DNA of 63,997 nt, filler included. It is 11 parts of 11 records of this genome, joined end to end, with 100 filler letters (N's around TTAATTAATTAA, not from the genome) between each part and the next. Parts side by side here need not be neighbours in the genome. Positions count along the whole stretch, not along the records: positions 31,434 to 35,935 come from SRR9188676_944; positions 36,036 to 51,448 come from SRR9188676_950; 9 more parts are not named here. One strand, given 5' to 3'. Every line of letters begins with the position of its first letter. Within the stretch, counting starts at the first letter, position 1. Shown piece after piece: positions 31,946 through 42,976 of this stretch. A program made the translations under genes and the position numbers. The notes under the pieces are model-generated. The model had not been told where the DNA came from. It searched no databases and saw nothing but the letters and a program-made list of their open reading frames with translations.

Positions 31946-34900
31946 CTGCTGTGTAGACTAGCTCTGTGACATAGTGCGAGGAGGTTGATGAGGCCTGTGT
32001 TGCCACGCAGACGCCCAGGCGCGTGCACGTCGTGTTGAGTGCGCCAGAGCCAGAGCCACCTGCCGCCGCGCTCACCCGCAGCACAGTCATCCTCGCATCT
32101 GCATGCACCCCCACCACACACAAACTAAGCGATGTCCCCCAAAACAATTCGTCGTCGCCGAACTTGATAACCCCAAAGAATCGAACTTCGGCGATGTGTG
32201 AATGTGTGGAAGGAAATAGAGCGAGGATGAATAAAGCTGATGGTAAGGTGTAGTTGGAGTAAAATTATCTTGAAATGAGACTTCTGTAACGAGATGCTGA
32301 CATGAGGTTCGATGTAAAAAGAAGCAGATATCACTACCCCATGGAAAGAAATCATGTAAAGTGTGTAAGTTTACAACATCCACAGAAACCGAGTGGCCTT
32401 CCAAATTCGCCTTGTCCTTCGAAGTTTCCGATCGAACAAAACCGTGGTTGTACCGATTTCAAAACATCGGTTTTTTTTTGGGGGGGGGGAATGCCAAAAA
32501 ATGGTGCCGCTCATCAGGATCTATTATTGCTGCCGGCTCGATAAATATGGCTTCAGGGAAAGGGATGTAAGTGTACTGTGGCATACCGACTCCGCCGGGA
32601 CAGCTTGCCGTGGACAGGCAGGCCATGCAGCCCGTTCGCACCTGCCCGTAGTACCCAGGCGCACACTCGCACATCGTGTAGTTGTAGTAGGCGCCGTCCA
32701 TCCCAATGTCCATGCGCTACACACCACATCACACGCACCGCATACACATGAAACGGAGCGCGGAACAGGAGTTGTCAATCGATGGGAGGAAAAAAATTGG
32801 TAATCAAAATTCAAGTATATGAATGGATTTAGAATAAGAAAATAGGGTCAGGGACGTACATGCAGGCCTTGAATTGTCGGACAGGAGAAGGCCCGTGAAG
32901 AGTGGAGCGTGTATGGCTGGGCCGCAAAGGCGAAATCGGGGAGCGAGGCGAGAGGGTCGCGCAGTTTCGTGTTGCCAGACAGGTCCAAGCGGTGCACCCG
33001 GCGGAAGGCAGGCGCGACGGTGCCGCTCAGCGAGTTGTTGCACAGCATGAGGGTGTGCAGGGCGGGCAGGAGCGCCAGCGCCGCGGGCACGGTGCCGGCC
33101 AGTCCGTTCGTGCACAGGTCGAGCAGGGCGAGCGCGGCGAAGGGCGCAGACCGCGCGCTATCGAACATCCCCGCGCGCAGGCTGCCGTTCAGCTGGTTGC
33201 CCGCCAGGGACACCGCGCTCAGCGACGGGAGCCATTGCAGCGGCTGCAGTGCCATCACCACGTCACCCGACATCTGGTTCTCGGAAACATCCAGCACCGA
33301 CAACCGTGACAGTTTCGCCATCCCACTAGGAAGACTACCCACGAAATTGTTGCCTTCAAGCCGCAGGGATTGGATATTAGTCAGCCCCGAAATGGATGCA
33401 GGAAGCGTGCCAGTAAGACTGTTGTTTCCAAGATGAAGAGACACTAGGGATGACATGGCCGTCAAGCATTCAGGAAATGTCGTGGAGAGGTGATTATCAG
33501 ACAAATCTAAAAACAGAAGATCCATCTCACAGAGTGAGAGCTCAGAAATGTAGTACAGATTGACAGCCGGGAGGTGGAGGGCGCGCAAGGCGGGGATCAG
33601 GTCCCAGTCAGACGGCAGACCGCCTGCGAAGTTGTTGTATCCAGCGTGCACGGCCGACAGCTGGGTGAAACACGACAGCGCAGAGCAACCCAACGACGAC
33701 ATGGATGGGATCGTGCCACTGAATTGATTACTCCCCACAAACACGCTTGAAATACTGTCCCGCGCTCCCTTGAAAAAGGTAGGAAACGGCCCGGACAAAC
33801 TATTATCTTGAAAGTCAACGATTTGAAGCTCCAGAAGGTTGGACAAGGAGCATTCGGGAAGGGTGCCTGAGAGTTGGTTCGATTGTAGAGTGAGGGTGGT
33901 GAGCATGGTGAGGGCGGAGAAGGAGGGCGGGAGGGTGGCGGTGAGGGCAGCCGAGTGCGCCAGCAGCACGCGGAGGGCGGTGAGGTCGCCGAGACACGAG
34001 GGCAGAGAGGCCCCGAAGGCGTTGTCGTAGATGGCGAGGTCCGTGAGCGCGGTCAGAGTGCAGAGCGCGGAGAGGGTGCCGGACAGCGCGTTGCCCGACA
34101 AGCCGAGTACCTGCAGGGCGGGCAGGCTCTGCAGCACCGCGGGCACAGTCCCCCCCAGCGCGTTCTGGTCAAGGAAGGCCGCGGTCAGAGCCGACAGCGA
34201 GCCAAGACACTCCGGCAGGGGCGACGCGACACCTGTGTGCACGAGCGAGAGGTGCTGCAGCGCAGTCGCAGAGCACACTGCACTTGGCACACTCTTTCCA
34301 AGTGGGTTGTAGTCCAGATTCAAGTCGCGCAGTGAGGATAACGCGGGCAGGAACGCAAGGTCACCGGTCAGCGTGTTCTGCGGGTCGACAGAGTCGGGCA
34401 TTAGATACGCGTACCATGCGGACGCCGGGCGCGGGGCCGTGCCGAGATTGAGCACCTCCAGGCTGCTCAGGCTGGACAAGTAGTATGGGATGTAGCCTGC
34501 CAGGTTGCTCTGGTACAGATACAGCTCGCGCAGGGAGGGCGGGAACGGGTTGCTGGTGGGGAAGGAGGTCAGCGAGTTCCCGCCGAGATCGAGCACGCGC
34601 AGACTGGTCAGGGCGGTCAGCGACGGCACAGTGCCGCACTGCAGGGAATGAAAGGCCAGGCGCACCTCGCGCACCGAGGTCACAGGCTGGTACCAGTCCG
34701 TGCACGTGGCAGGGGAGGAACAGCCGAAGTCGCACACCACGCCGTCGCGCGCGCACGGGTCACGCGAAGCGGGCCAGCCGCGCGCCGGCACCCACGCCGC
34801 ACCCTGGCACGACGAGTACAGCGCGTCCAGAGCCGCACTTTGCGCGCCTGTCAGTGTGCTGGCATAGAGCGTGGTGTTGGACAGTGCCACGAAACGAGAC

Positions 34901-35640
34901 GAGGCCAGCGAGTACCCCGCGGCACGCGTGGCCGTCAAGAAGGCGGACGAACTCGCGCTGTTCAGCACGGACACAGCCTGCGACCCGCTCGGCCCGCCGG
35001 ACTCTGCGAGGATACAGTCATTGGGAATTTGGGAAAGGTAAAATGAAGGTATGACAGTGTGGTAGATACAACACTCGACCGAATGGAAAGTGAAAGATTG
35101 AATATTGACCTGAACAGGATGTATATTCAGGCATTCTTTAGTCCTCCTCCATTGGCCGATGTGACCATGAAGGAAAGACTGACATAGTCTGAGGAAGGAA
35201 TGTTCGAGGGTATGGGTGGAAGAGAGACGATTGAGAAGAAAAAGCGGCAATTAATTTCCTGTGTTTCGGATGTGACATTCTCGGATTAACTGTTCAGCCG
35301 GGCTGGTGCCCTATTCGGATCATGAGGGACTCGAGAAGGGAATGAATTCATTGACTTTTCACGGCGAGAAAAAAATCATGCCTCTGACATTTCTCTGAAG
35401 AGATAAGACATCACAAGTGAGAAAACTGTTCAGGAGAGGGTCCCACACCAAGTAGCTGTCGCAATCAATGAGCTGACCTGACTGGAGCAGGACGAATGTG
35501 AACAAGCCCTGCGAGATGCCGCGTGAGTTAAGTAAGACAGCGGAGGCGGGCACGGACATCATGGAGGCCAGAGTGCTCTGCATGCCCGCGCTGGGCGAGG
35601 CAGACGACGGCACGCTGATGTCGAGGGACACGCTGATCAG
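31946..35640 (-). CDS. Large LRR receptor-like protein, internal exons (main LRR exon 35003..32860; Cys-rich exon from 32716; further exons about 35640-35478 and 32100-31946)
   Basis: ALDALYSSCQGAAW...DPC...GVVC cap followed by roughly 20 LxxLxLxxNxLxGxxP repeats. The next exon encodes CECAPGYYG...CMACLSTASCPGG. GT-AG boundaries. Confidence 0.85.
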
Positions 35641-36036
35641 AGACGCGCCAAGAAGTTTATCTGTTCGTTCATAACAAGTATTTCAAATCAAAGAGACATG
35701 AGGATGATGATTATGGTTGCGGGCGACACCCAGTTACTGAAGCCATTTGTATACTGATTCGAAGATCTGTTTTTCGAAGAATTTGAAAAGAGGATTGGAA
35801 TGAGAGTGGGGAAGCATATCCATCCAGTTTACTCCCTCGTGACGCTCAAATATGACGAAAGAGAAACAGTTGGATCAATAAAATCATTGAGATGAGACTG
35901 GAGAAAATTAAAATAAGCTCATAATTACCGAAATCNNNNNNNNNNNNNNNNNNNNNNNNNNNNNNNNNNNNNNNNNNNNTTAATTAATTAANNNNNNNNN
36001 NNNNNNNNNNNNNNNNNNNNNNNNNNNNNNNNNNNA

Positions 36037-36939
36037 TGGTTTCCTAAAAAAGAAAGAGCTTTAGCGACTGGTATTTTTAATTCTGGTGCTAATATTGGTG
36101 CAGTAGCGGCTCCCTTAATGGTTCCGTTTATTTTAGCTACTTTTGGTTGGCAGGTTGCTTTTATCATTACTGGTGGTGTCGGTTTTATTTGGTTAATTTT
36201 CTGGTGGATTGGCTATGAATTACCAGCTAGACAAAATAAATTATCTAAAGAAGAATTATTGTATATTCAGTCAGATAATGAACCAGATACTTCGCATGAA
36301 GAACCAGTAAAATGGGTAAATTTGTTAGGCATTCGTCAGACTTGGGCATTTATTTTTGGTAAAATGCTTACTGACCCAATTTGGTGGTTTTTCCTTTACT
36401 GGTTACCATCTTATTTTTCAGAAACTTTTCAATTGGATTTAAAGAAACCAAGTTTAGAATTAATCGTGGTTTATACTGCAACTACCATTGGAAGTATTGG
36501 CGGAGGTTATATTTCTGGTTATTTAATCAAAAAAGGTTGGCCTGTATTCAAAGCTCGTAAAACAGCGATGTTGAGTTTTGCTATTGCGGTTGTTCCAATC
36601 GTTTTTGCACAATATTGTACAAACATTTGGCAAGCTGTAGTGCTAATCAGTTTAGCGGCTGCGGCTCACCAAGCTTGGAGTGCAAATATTTTTACTACAG
36701 CCTCTGATATGTTTCCTAAAAAAGCCGTAAGTTCGGTAGTTGGTTTAGGTGGTATGGCAGGTTCAATAGGAGGGATTTTATTCCCATTAATCGTAGGTTA
36801 TTTATTAGATACCTACAAAGGGCAAGGAAATATTACTGCTGGTTATAATATTATTTTTATCTTGTGTGGTGGTGCATACCTTTTAGCATGGGGAATTATG
36901 CACTTGTTTAACCCAAGAAATAAACAGGTAGTCATTTAA
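36037..36939 (+). CDS. MFS transporter, ExuT/hexuronate-like (ACS family), 5' truncated
   Basis: WFPKKERALATGIFNSG, LTDPIWWFFLYWLP, AHQAWSANIFT. Confidence 0.9.
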   Translation, partial: WFPKKERALATGIFNSGANIGAVAAPLMVPFILATFGWQVAFIITGGVGFIWLIFWWIGYELPARQNKLSKEELLYIQSDNEPDTSHEEPVKWVNLLGIRQTWAFIFGKMLTDPIWWFFLYWLPSYFSETFQLDLKKPSLELIVVYTATTIGSIGGGYISGYLIKKGWPVFKARKTAMLSFAIAVVPIVFAQYCTNIWQAVVLISLAAAAHQAWSANIFTTASDMFPKKAVSSVVGLGGMAGSIGGILFPLIVGYLLDTYKGQGNITAGYNIIFILCGGAYLLAWGIMHLFNPRNKQVVI

Positions 36940-36969
36940 AATATTAAATTGGATAATAGTAGAGTGTTT

Positions 36970-37002
36970 ACAGGTATCGCAGCTAATGTGATACCTGTTT
37001 TG
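36970..37002 (+). terminator. Intrinsic terminator
   Basis: ACAGGTATC...GATACCTGT followed by a T-run. Confidence 0.7.
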
Positions 37003-37167
37003 TTTTATGGCATTTCCAATGTCATTTCTTCTTATTCATCTTCTGTTTATCTCCTTATAACTGCTAAGTTGGGCTATACATCTAATCTCATAAGATAGAA
37101 TAGTAAAAGTCGATGCAAAGAAGTATTTTGCGTTAAATTACATTTCAAACAAACTTCATAACAAAAT

Positions 37168-38817
37168 ATGAAAAAACTATTCCTTTTGTCGGGTTTATTG
37201 TCGATTTCATTATGGACATCCGCCCAAAATTCTTACCAAAACCACACACAGCTTTCTGCAAGAATCAAGGCATTGAGTTCAAAATTTGCTTCAACTGTTA
37301 CTCTTCAATCTATCGGAAAAAGTAAAGGAAACCGAGATATTTGGGCTTTAGCAATCAGTAAAGGTAATGCAAATAACAAACCTGCCATTGCCATTATTGC
37401 TGGTGTGGAAGGTACTCATTTAGCAGGAACAGAATTGGCGATACAAATGGCTGAAAAATTGGCTGGAGCAAGTACAGATTCTATTGCTAAATTATTAGAT
37501 TCCAAAACGTTTTACTTTATTCCAAGTGTGAATCCTGATGCTCAAGAACAGTTTTTTGCAAAGCTCAAATTTGAAAGAGGAGGGAACGATACAGAAACTG
37601 ATGATGACCGTGATGGTTATATCAATGAAGACTCTTTTGAAGATTTGAATGGTGATGGAATTATTACACAAATTCGTGTGGAAGATCCAACGGGGAATTT
37701 TATCATCAGTAAAGAAGACCCAAGAGTATTGATAAAAGCTGACCCAGCAAAAGGTGAAAAGGGCAAATATTTATTATTGACAGAAGGTATTGATAATGAT
37801 AAAGATGGTTCTTTTAATGAAGATGGAATCGGAGGCGTGAATATTGATAAAAACATGACTTACGATTATCCAATTTTTACACCAGGTTCTGGCGATTTTG
37901 CAGCTTCTGAACCTGAAACAAAAGCATTGTTAAGCTTTTTGTACAAAGCAAATAACATTTTTGCAGTACTTACTTTTGGACCTGCGAACAATTTGACAGA
38001 AGCAATAAAATTTGATAGAAGTAAAACAGCAAAGAGAATTATTACAGGTTTACTTGAAAAAGATGCAAGCGTTGGCGAGCAAGTTTCAAAATTATACAAT
38101 ACTCAAACGGGTTTGAAAGACGCTCCAGTTTTACCACAAACCAAAGGGAATTTCTCACAAACTGCTTATTTTCATGCAGGACGATTCAGTTTTACAAGTC
38201 CGGGTTGGTGGGTACCCAAAGTACAAGTAGCGAAAGATTCTACCAAAAAAGAATTAAACCCGTTGGCAAAAGCTTCTGATAATGAAGAAATTAAATATTT
38301 AAAATGGGCAGACTCACAAAAGCTAAGCAATGTTTTTGTGAATTGGCAATCAATAAAACATCCGGATTTTGTGGGTAAAAACGTAGAAGTAGGAGGAATC
38401 GATCCTTATGCAAAAATGAATCCGCCAGTAAGTTATTTAGCAGAATCTGCCAATAAACATTTGAAGTTTGTATCTGCTTTAGCATCTCAAATGCCTGAAT
38501 TACAAATTGTTGATGTTAATGCTGAAACTGTTTCGGCGGGACTTACTCGTGTTTCTATCAAAGTAATCAACACAGGTTTATTACCAACTTATGCTGAAAT
38601 TGGCGACAAAGTGCGTTGGGTTCAGAAAGTAAAAACTGAATTGAAATTAACAGGAAATCAAGCGATTGTTACTGGCAAGAAAATTAATTTAAGAAGTGCT
38701 TTAGCTGCTGGTGAAACACAAGAATACTCTTGGTTAATTAGTGGAAATGGTTCAATCAGCATTGAAGCGGGTTGTCCAACAACTGGGTTAAAAACGATAA
38801 ATGTTAGCTTGAAATAA
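37168..38817 (+). CDS. Secreted M14 metallocarboxypeptidase homologue, zinc/catalytic motifs degenerate
   Basis: Signal peptide, IGKSKGNRDIW, IPSVNPDA, SEPETKAL, three DxDxDG loops; VEGTH in place of HxxE. Confidence 0.85.
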   Translation: MKKLFLLSGLLSISLWTSAQNSYQNHTQLSARIKALSSKFASTVTLQSIGKSKGNRDIWALAISKGNANNKPAIAIIAGVEGTHLAGTELAIQMAEKLAGASTDSIAKLLDSKTFYFIPSVNPDAQEQFFAKLKFERGGNDTETDDDRDGYINEDSFEDLNGDGIITQIRVEDPTGNFIISKEDPRVLIKADPAKGEKGKYLLLTEGIDNDKDGSFNEDGIGGVNIDKNMTYDYPIFTPGSGDFAASEPETKALLSFLYKANNIFAVLTFGPANNLTEAIKFDRSKTAKRIITGLLEKDASVGEQVSKLYNTQTGLKDAPVLPQTKGNFSQTAYFHAGRFSFTSPGWWVPKVQVAKDSTKKELNPLAKASDNEEIKYLKWADSQKLSNVFVNWQSIKHPDFVGKNVEVGGIDPYAKMNPPVSYLAESANKHLKFVSALASQMPELQIVDVNAETVSAGLTRVSIKVINTGLLPTYAEIGDKVRWVQKVKTELKLTGNQAIVTGKKINLRSALAAGETQEYSWLISGNGSISIEAGCPTTGLKTINVSLK

Positions 38818-38860
38818 TTGTAAGCTAATTAAACGGTCAATTTAAATTCGAAATAAATCA

Positions 38861-40606
38861 ATGAAAAAATATATCATCTTAATTCTTTTAACCTGCTCGT
38901 TTTCAGTTTTTTCTCAAGAGAAAATTCAGAATGATGACCTTACTGGTTTAAGAGCGATTGGCTCACCGGCGAACCCAAAAGTAAAAATGGCTTGGAATCA
39001 TTATAACGATTATGCCATGATTACGAAATTCTGTCAAGATTTAGCCAAAGCGTATCCAGATTTAGTAAAAGTAGAATCGATGGGAAAATCTTATCAAGGC
39101 AAAGAAATGTGGGTATTGACTATCAGTGATAGCAAAACAGGTAATGTGGCTAGAAAACCGGGTTTTTATATTGATGGAAATATTCACTCAAACGAAATTC
39201 AAGGTACAGAAGTAGCCATGTACACAGCTTGGTATTTGGTTGAAAACTTTGCTTCAGTGCCATTTATCAAGCAATTATTACAAGATAAAGTATTTTATAT
39301 TACTCCAACAATTAACCCTGATGCTCGTGAAGATTTCTTGAAAAATCCTAACAATGCCAATTCTCCACGTTCGGGTATGATGGCGATGGATGATGATGGC
39401 GACGGACAAGCTGACGAAGATAAGTATGATGATTTGGATGGCGATGGTAACATTGTCATGATGAGAAGACGTTCGGCGACGGGTCGTTGGAAAGTAGATC
39501 CAGAAAATCCGCAAAGAATGATTCCCGTAAAAGCAGATGAAAAAGGGGATTACGAAATGCTAGGTTATGAAGGCATTGATAATGATGGCGATGGTTTAAT
39601 CAACGAAGATGTTTTGGGATATTATGACCCGAACCGTGATTGGGCTTGGAATTGGCAGCCAGATTACGTACAACGTGGAGCATTATTTTATCCGGGAACT
39701 TTGTCAGAAACACAAAATATCAAGAATTTTATCATGACGCATCCAAATATTGCAGGTGCGCAGAGTTATCATAACAATGGTGGTATGTTTTTGCGTGGAC
39801 CGGGTGCGGAAGAAGATGCTCCTTTCTATTCCACTCAAGATGCGTCGGTATATGATTACTTCGGGAAGATTGGTGAAAAAATGAATCCGGGTTATAAGTA
39901 CTTTGTGATTTACAAAGATTTATATACTGTTTATGGTGGTGAAATAGATTGGCTGGCTTTAGGAAGAGGAATTTTTACATTCTCTACAGAATTAATGACT
40001 TCTTATAAATTATTCAACAAAACTGCCGAAGAAGGTCGTTTCCAAAATAATGAATTTGATGAATTCAGTCGTTTGATGTTGTTTGGCGATGCTTATGTTA
40101 CTTGGAAGCCTTTCAAACATCCACAGTATGGTGATATTGAAATTGGAGGTTCAAAGAAAAATTATGTAAGAGCGCATCCGGGTTTTTTATTGGAAGAAGA
40201 TGCTCATAGGAATATGGCTTTTACAATTTTACACGCTTCACAAATGCCGAAATTAGATGTATTAGAAGTAAAGCAAAAAGCTTTGACGGGTGGTTTTACA
40301 GAAGTAACGGCTACGATTGTAAACGAAAAAGTAATTCCAACGCATTCGGCACACGATGTAAAATACAAAATTGAACGTCCCGATTTTATAAGCTTAAAAA
40401 ATGCAACGGTTGTAGCTGGAATGATTGTTGAAAATGAAGATACAAATCTTACAAAAGAACAAATCAATAATCCTCAAACAATTGCTGTTCCAAGTATTCC
40501 CGGAATGGGAGTTGTAAAAGTACGTTGGATTGTTAAAGGTAAAAGTGATAAATTTACTGTCGAAATCGATAGTAAAAAAGGTGGACTGGTGTCTAAGACC
40601 TTGTAA
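38861..40606 (+). CDS. Secreted M14 metallocarboxypeptidase
   Basis: GKSYQGK, GNIHSNE (HxxE), PTINPD, DPNRDW, SYH, FSTEL; three DxDxDG loops. Confidence 0.92.
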   Translation: MKKYIILILLTCSFSVFSQEKIQNDDLTGLRAIGSPANPKVKMAWNHYNDYAMITKFCQDLAKAYPDLVKVESMGKSYQGKEMWVLTISDSKTGNVARKPGFYIDGNIHSNEIQGTEVAMYTAWYLVENFASVPFIKQLLQDKVFYITPTINPDAREDFLKNPNNANSPRSGMMAMDDDGDGQADEDKYDDLDGDGNIVMMRRRSATGRWKVDPENPQRMIPVKADEKGDYEMLGYEGIDNDGDGLINEDVLGYYDPNRDWAWNWQPDYVQRGALFYPGTLSETQNIKNFIMTHPNIAGAQSYHNNGGMFLRGPGAEEDAPFYSTQDASVYDYFGKIGEKMNPGYKYFVIYKDLYTVYGGEIDWLALGRGIFTFSTELMTSYKLFNKTAEEGRFQNNEFDEFSRLMLFGDAYVTWKPFKHPQYGDIEIGGSKKNYVRAHPGFLLEEDAHRNMAFTILHASQMPKLDVLEVKQKALTGGFTEVTATIVNEKVIPTHSAHDVKYKIERPDFISLKNATVVAGMIVENEDTNLTKEQINNPQTIAVPSIPGMGVVKVRWIVKGKSDKFTVEIDSKKGGLVSKTL

Positions 40607-40620
40607 AATAATTACCTAAA

Positions 40621-41160
40621 ATGGAAAAAATTAGATCTACAACCGTTCTGGCGGTAGTGCATAATGGCGAAGTAGCGATTGGTGCAGACGGACAAGCGAC
40701 GATGGGAAATACCGTTGCGAAAAATCATGTGCGAAAAATCAGAAAAATGTTAGATGGGAAAATCGTAACTGGTTTTGCGGGTTCAACGGCTGATGCTTTT
40801 ACTTTGTTGGAGCGTTTTGAAGAAAAATTAAATGCTTATGGAGGAAATATGAAGCGTGCAAGTATCGAATTAGCCAAAGATTGGCGTACAGACCGCTATT
40901 TACGCAAATTGGAAGCTATGATGATTGTTGCCAACAAAGAAGAAACCTTAATTATTTCAGGAACTGGCGATGTGCTTGAACCAGAAAATGGTATTGCGGC
41001 CATTGGTTCAGGAAGTAATTATGCACTTTCGGCAGCGTTGGCAATGCGTAAACATGCGCCTCATTTAAGTGCTGAGGAAATTGTTCGTGAAGGATTGACC
41101 ATCGCAGCAGATATTTGTATTTATACGAATCATAATTTTATTATTGAAAAGCCAGTGTAG
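40621..41160 (+). CDS. hslV: ATP-dependent protease subunit HslV
   Basis: STTVL N-terminal Thr, [41 protein letters not shown]. Confidence 0.97.
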   Translation: MEKIRSTTVLAVVHNGEVAIGADGQATMGNTVAKNHVRKIRKMLDGKIVTGFAGSTADAFTLLERFEEKLNAYGGNMKRASIELAKDWRTDRYLRKLEAMMIVANKEETLIISGTGDVLEPENGIAAIGSGSNYALSAALAMRKHAPHLSAEEIVREGLTIAADICIYTNHNFIIEKPV

Positions 41161-41283
41161 GTTTTCGGATTTCGGTCGTCGGCTTTCAGATTTCAGCTTT
41201 TTGATTATTTACTTTCATTATATAATTAAATCAGAAAGTAGAGTTGAAATCTGTAATCTGATGACCGATAGCTGAAAGCCGAC
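41161..41283. repeat. Inverted array of degenerate heptamers
   Basis: GTTTTCG GATTTCG GTCGTCG GCTTTCA GATTTCA mirrored by complementary heptamers at 41245-41283. Confidence 0.7.
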
Positions 41284-41385
41284 TCCTTAAAAAAATATCA
41301 ATTAGCCAGTATCTTGAAACCTTTTTTTTGCTAATCTTGTATTCCAATAGAGTAAGTATTTATAAACTTTAAATTGATTAAAACT

Positions 41386-42021
41386 ATGTCATTAAGATTA
41401 GGAGATATCGCACCCGACTTTACGGCGGAAACAACTCAAGGAACGATTAATTTTCATGAATGGATTGGCGATTCATGGGCTTTACTTTTCAGTCACCCAG
41501 CAGATTTTACGCCAGTTTGTACGACTGAATTAGGCAAAACAGCTTTATTAAAAGGTGAATTCGAGAAAAAAGGAGTAAAAGTAATTGCAGTTTCTGTAGA
41601 TGATTTAGACTCACACAATAAATGGGTTCCAGATATTGAAGAAGTAAATGGTGTTAAAGTGAATTTCCCAATCATTGCAGATGCAGACCGCAACGTGGCT
41701 ACTTTGTATGATATGATTCACCCAAATGCTTCTGAAAAAGCAACTGTTCGTTCGGTATTTATTATCGGACCAGATAAAAAAGTAAAATTAACACTTACTT
41801 ATCCAGCTTCAACAGGACGTAATTTCCAAGAATTATTAAGAGTAATTGATTCACTTCAATTGACGGCTAACTACCAAGTGGCTACTCCAGCAGACTGGAA
41901 AGATGGTGAAGATGTTATCATTACGCCAGCTGTAAAAACAGAAGATGCTGCGGCTAAATTCCCAAAAGGGTTTACAATCATCAAACCTTATTTGAGAACA
42001 ACGCCTCAACCTAACAAATAA
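41386..42021 (+). CDS. 1-Cys peroxiredoxin (Prx6)
   Basis: FSHPADFTPVCTTELG, YPASTGRNF, TPADW. Confidence 0.96.
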   Translation: MSLRLGDIAPDFTAETTQGTINFHEWIGDSWALLFSHPADFTPVCTTELGKTALLKGEFEKKGVKVIAVSVDDLDSHNKWVPDIEEVNGVKVNFPIIADADRNVATLYDMIHPNASEKATVRSVFIIGPDKKVKLTLTYPASTGRNFQELLRVIDSLQLTANYQVATPADWKDGEDVIITPAVKTEDAAAKFPKGFTIIKPYLRTTPQPNK

Positions 42022-42051
42022 TCGTTGAATGATTTTATAATTCATTGACTA

Positions 42052-42089
42052 GAAAAGGCAAGAAGATGGAACATTTTTCTTGCCTTTTT
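42052..42089 (+). terminator. Intrinsic terminator
   Basis: AAAAGGCAAGAA...TTCTTGCCTTTT. Confidence 0.75.
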
Positions 42090-42102
42090 GTATTTTTGTG
42101 GC

Positions 42103-42891
42103 ATGAATTATCTAAAACTACTAAAGAAGCGTTTCCGATTACTCCCTCGAACTGTCAGGATTATCCTTGTTTCTATACTTTTCCTTTTTCTGTCTTTTGT
42201 CGTTTATATTAGCTTACGCCCTAATCCTAATGGCTGGACGAAAGTATCCAAATTAGGAATTACTTTGCCTTTGCGCTATAAAATTCATGGCATTGATGTC
42301 TCACATCATAATGGCGTTATCAATTGGAAGAAAGTAAAAAAAATGAGGTTTTCGGAGGAAGATTTAAAACTAGGTTTTTGCTTTTTGAAAGCAACCGAAG
42401 GTATGAGCCATGCCGACCGCCAGTTTGAAAGAAATTGGGAACAAGTAAAAAAGAGCGGCCTAAAACGGGGTGCTTACCATTTTTATATCGCTTGGCGTGA
42501 GCCCGTTGGACAAGCTAAAAACTTTATTAATTCTGTAGATTTGGAAGAAGGAGATTTGGCACCAGTATTGGATATTGAACAAAATTCTTTGAAACCCGAC
42601 AAACAAATTATTGAAGAATTAGAAACTTGGTTGGAAATTGTTGAAAATCATTACCACAAAAAACCAATTATTTATACGAATCCCAATTTTTATAAGAAAT
42701 TTATTAAAGGGAATTTTGATGATTATCCGCTTTGGATTGCAGATTATTCAAGAGAAAGTTTGAAAGGTTATAATTCCAATCTCTGGTTTTGGCAACATAA
42801 CCAACGTGGCTGGTGCGAAGGTGTAAAAGGTACAGTAGATTTTAATGTTTTTTTAGGTACTCAAGAAGATTTAGAAGATTTGTGTCTCTAA
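42103..42891 (+). CDS. GH25 lysozyme/muramidase with N-terminal membrane anchor
   Basis: GIDVSHHNG, KATEG, GAYHF, LDIE, VDFNVF. Confidence 0.93.
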   Translation: MNYLKLLKKRFRLLPRTVRIILVSILFLFLSFVVYISLRPNPNGWTKVSKLGITLPLRYKIHGIDVSHHNGVINWKKVKKMRFSEEDLKLGFCFLKATEGMSHADRQFERNWEQVKKSGLKRGAYHFYIAWREPVGQAKNFINSVDLEEGDLAPVLDIEQNSLKPDKQIIEELETWLEIVENHYHKKPIIYTNPNFYKKFIKGNFDDYPLWIADYSRESLKGYNSNLWFWQHNQRGWCEGVKGTVDFNVFLGTQEDLEDLCL

Positions 42892-42976
42892 ACTTTTAGT
42901 AATATGATATTCGTTTTGAGCTTTTTTGATTATAAAAGGCTGAAAATCTCTACGCTCACCACTCATAACTTAAAGC

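Noticed and set aside
32902-35054. Several plus-strand ORFs over the LRR gene
   Set aside because: GC-rich antisense shadows with Arg/Gly/Ala-rich nonsense translations.
40621-41160. hslV without adjacent hslU
   Set aside because: Unlinked hslU and hslV is, to my knowledge, common in Bacteroidota.
42103-42891. GH25 lysozyme as a prophage endolysin
   Set aside because: No holin or phage genes nearby; membrane-anchored GH25 among housekeeping genes.
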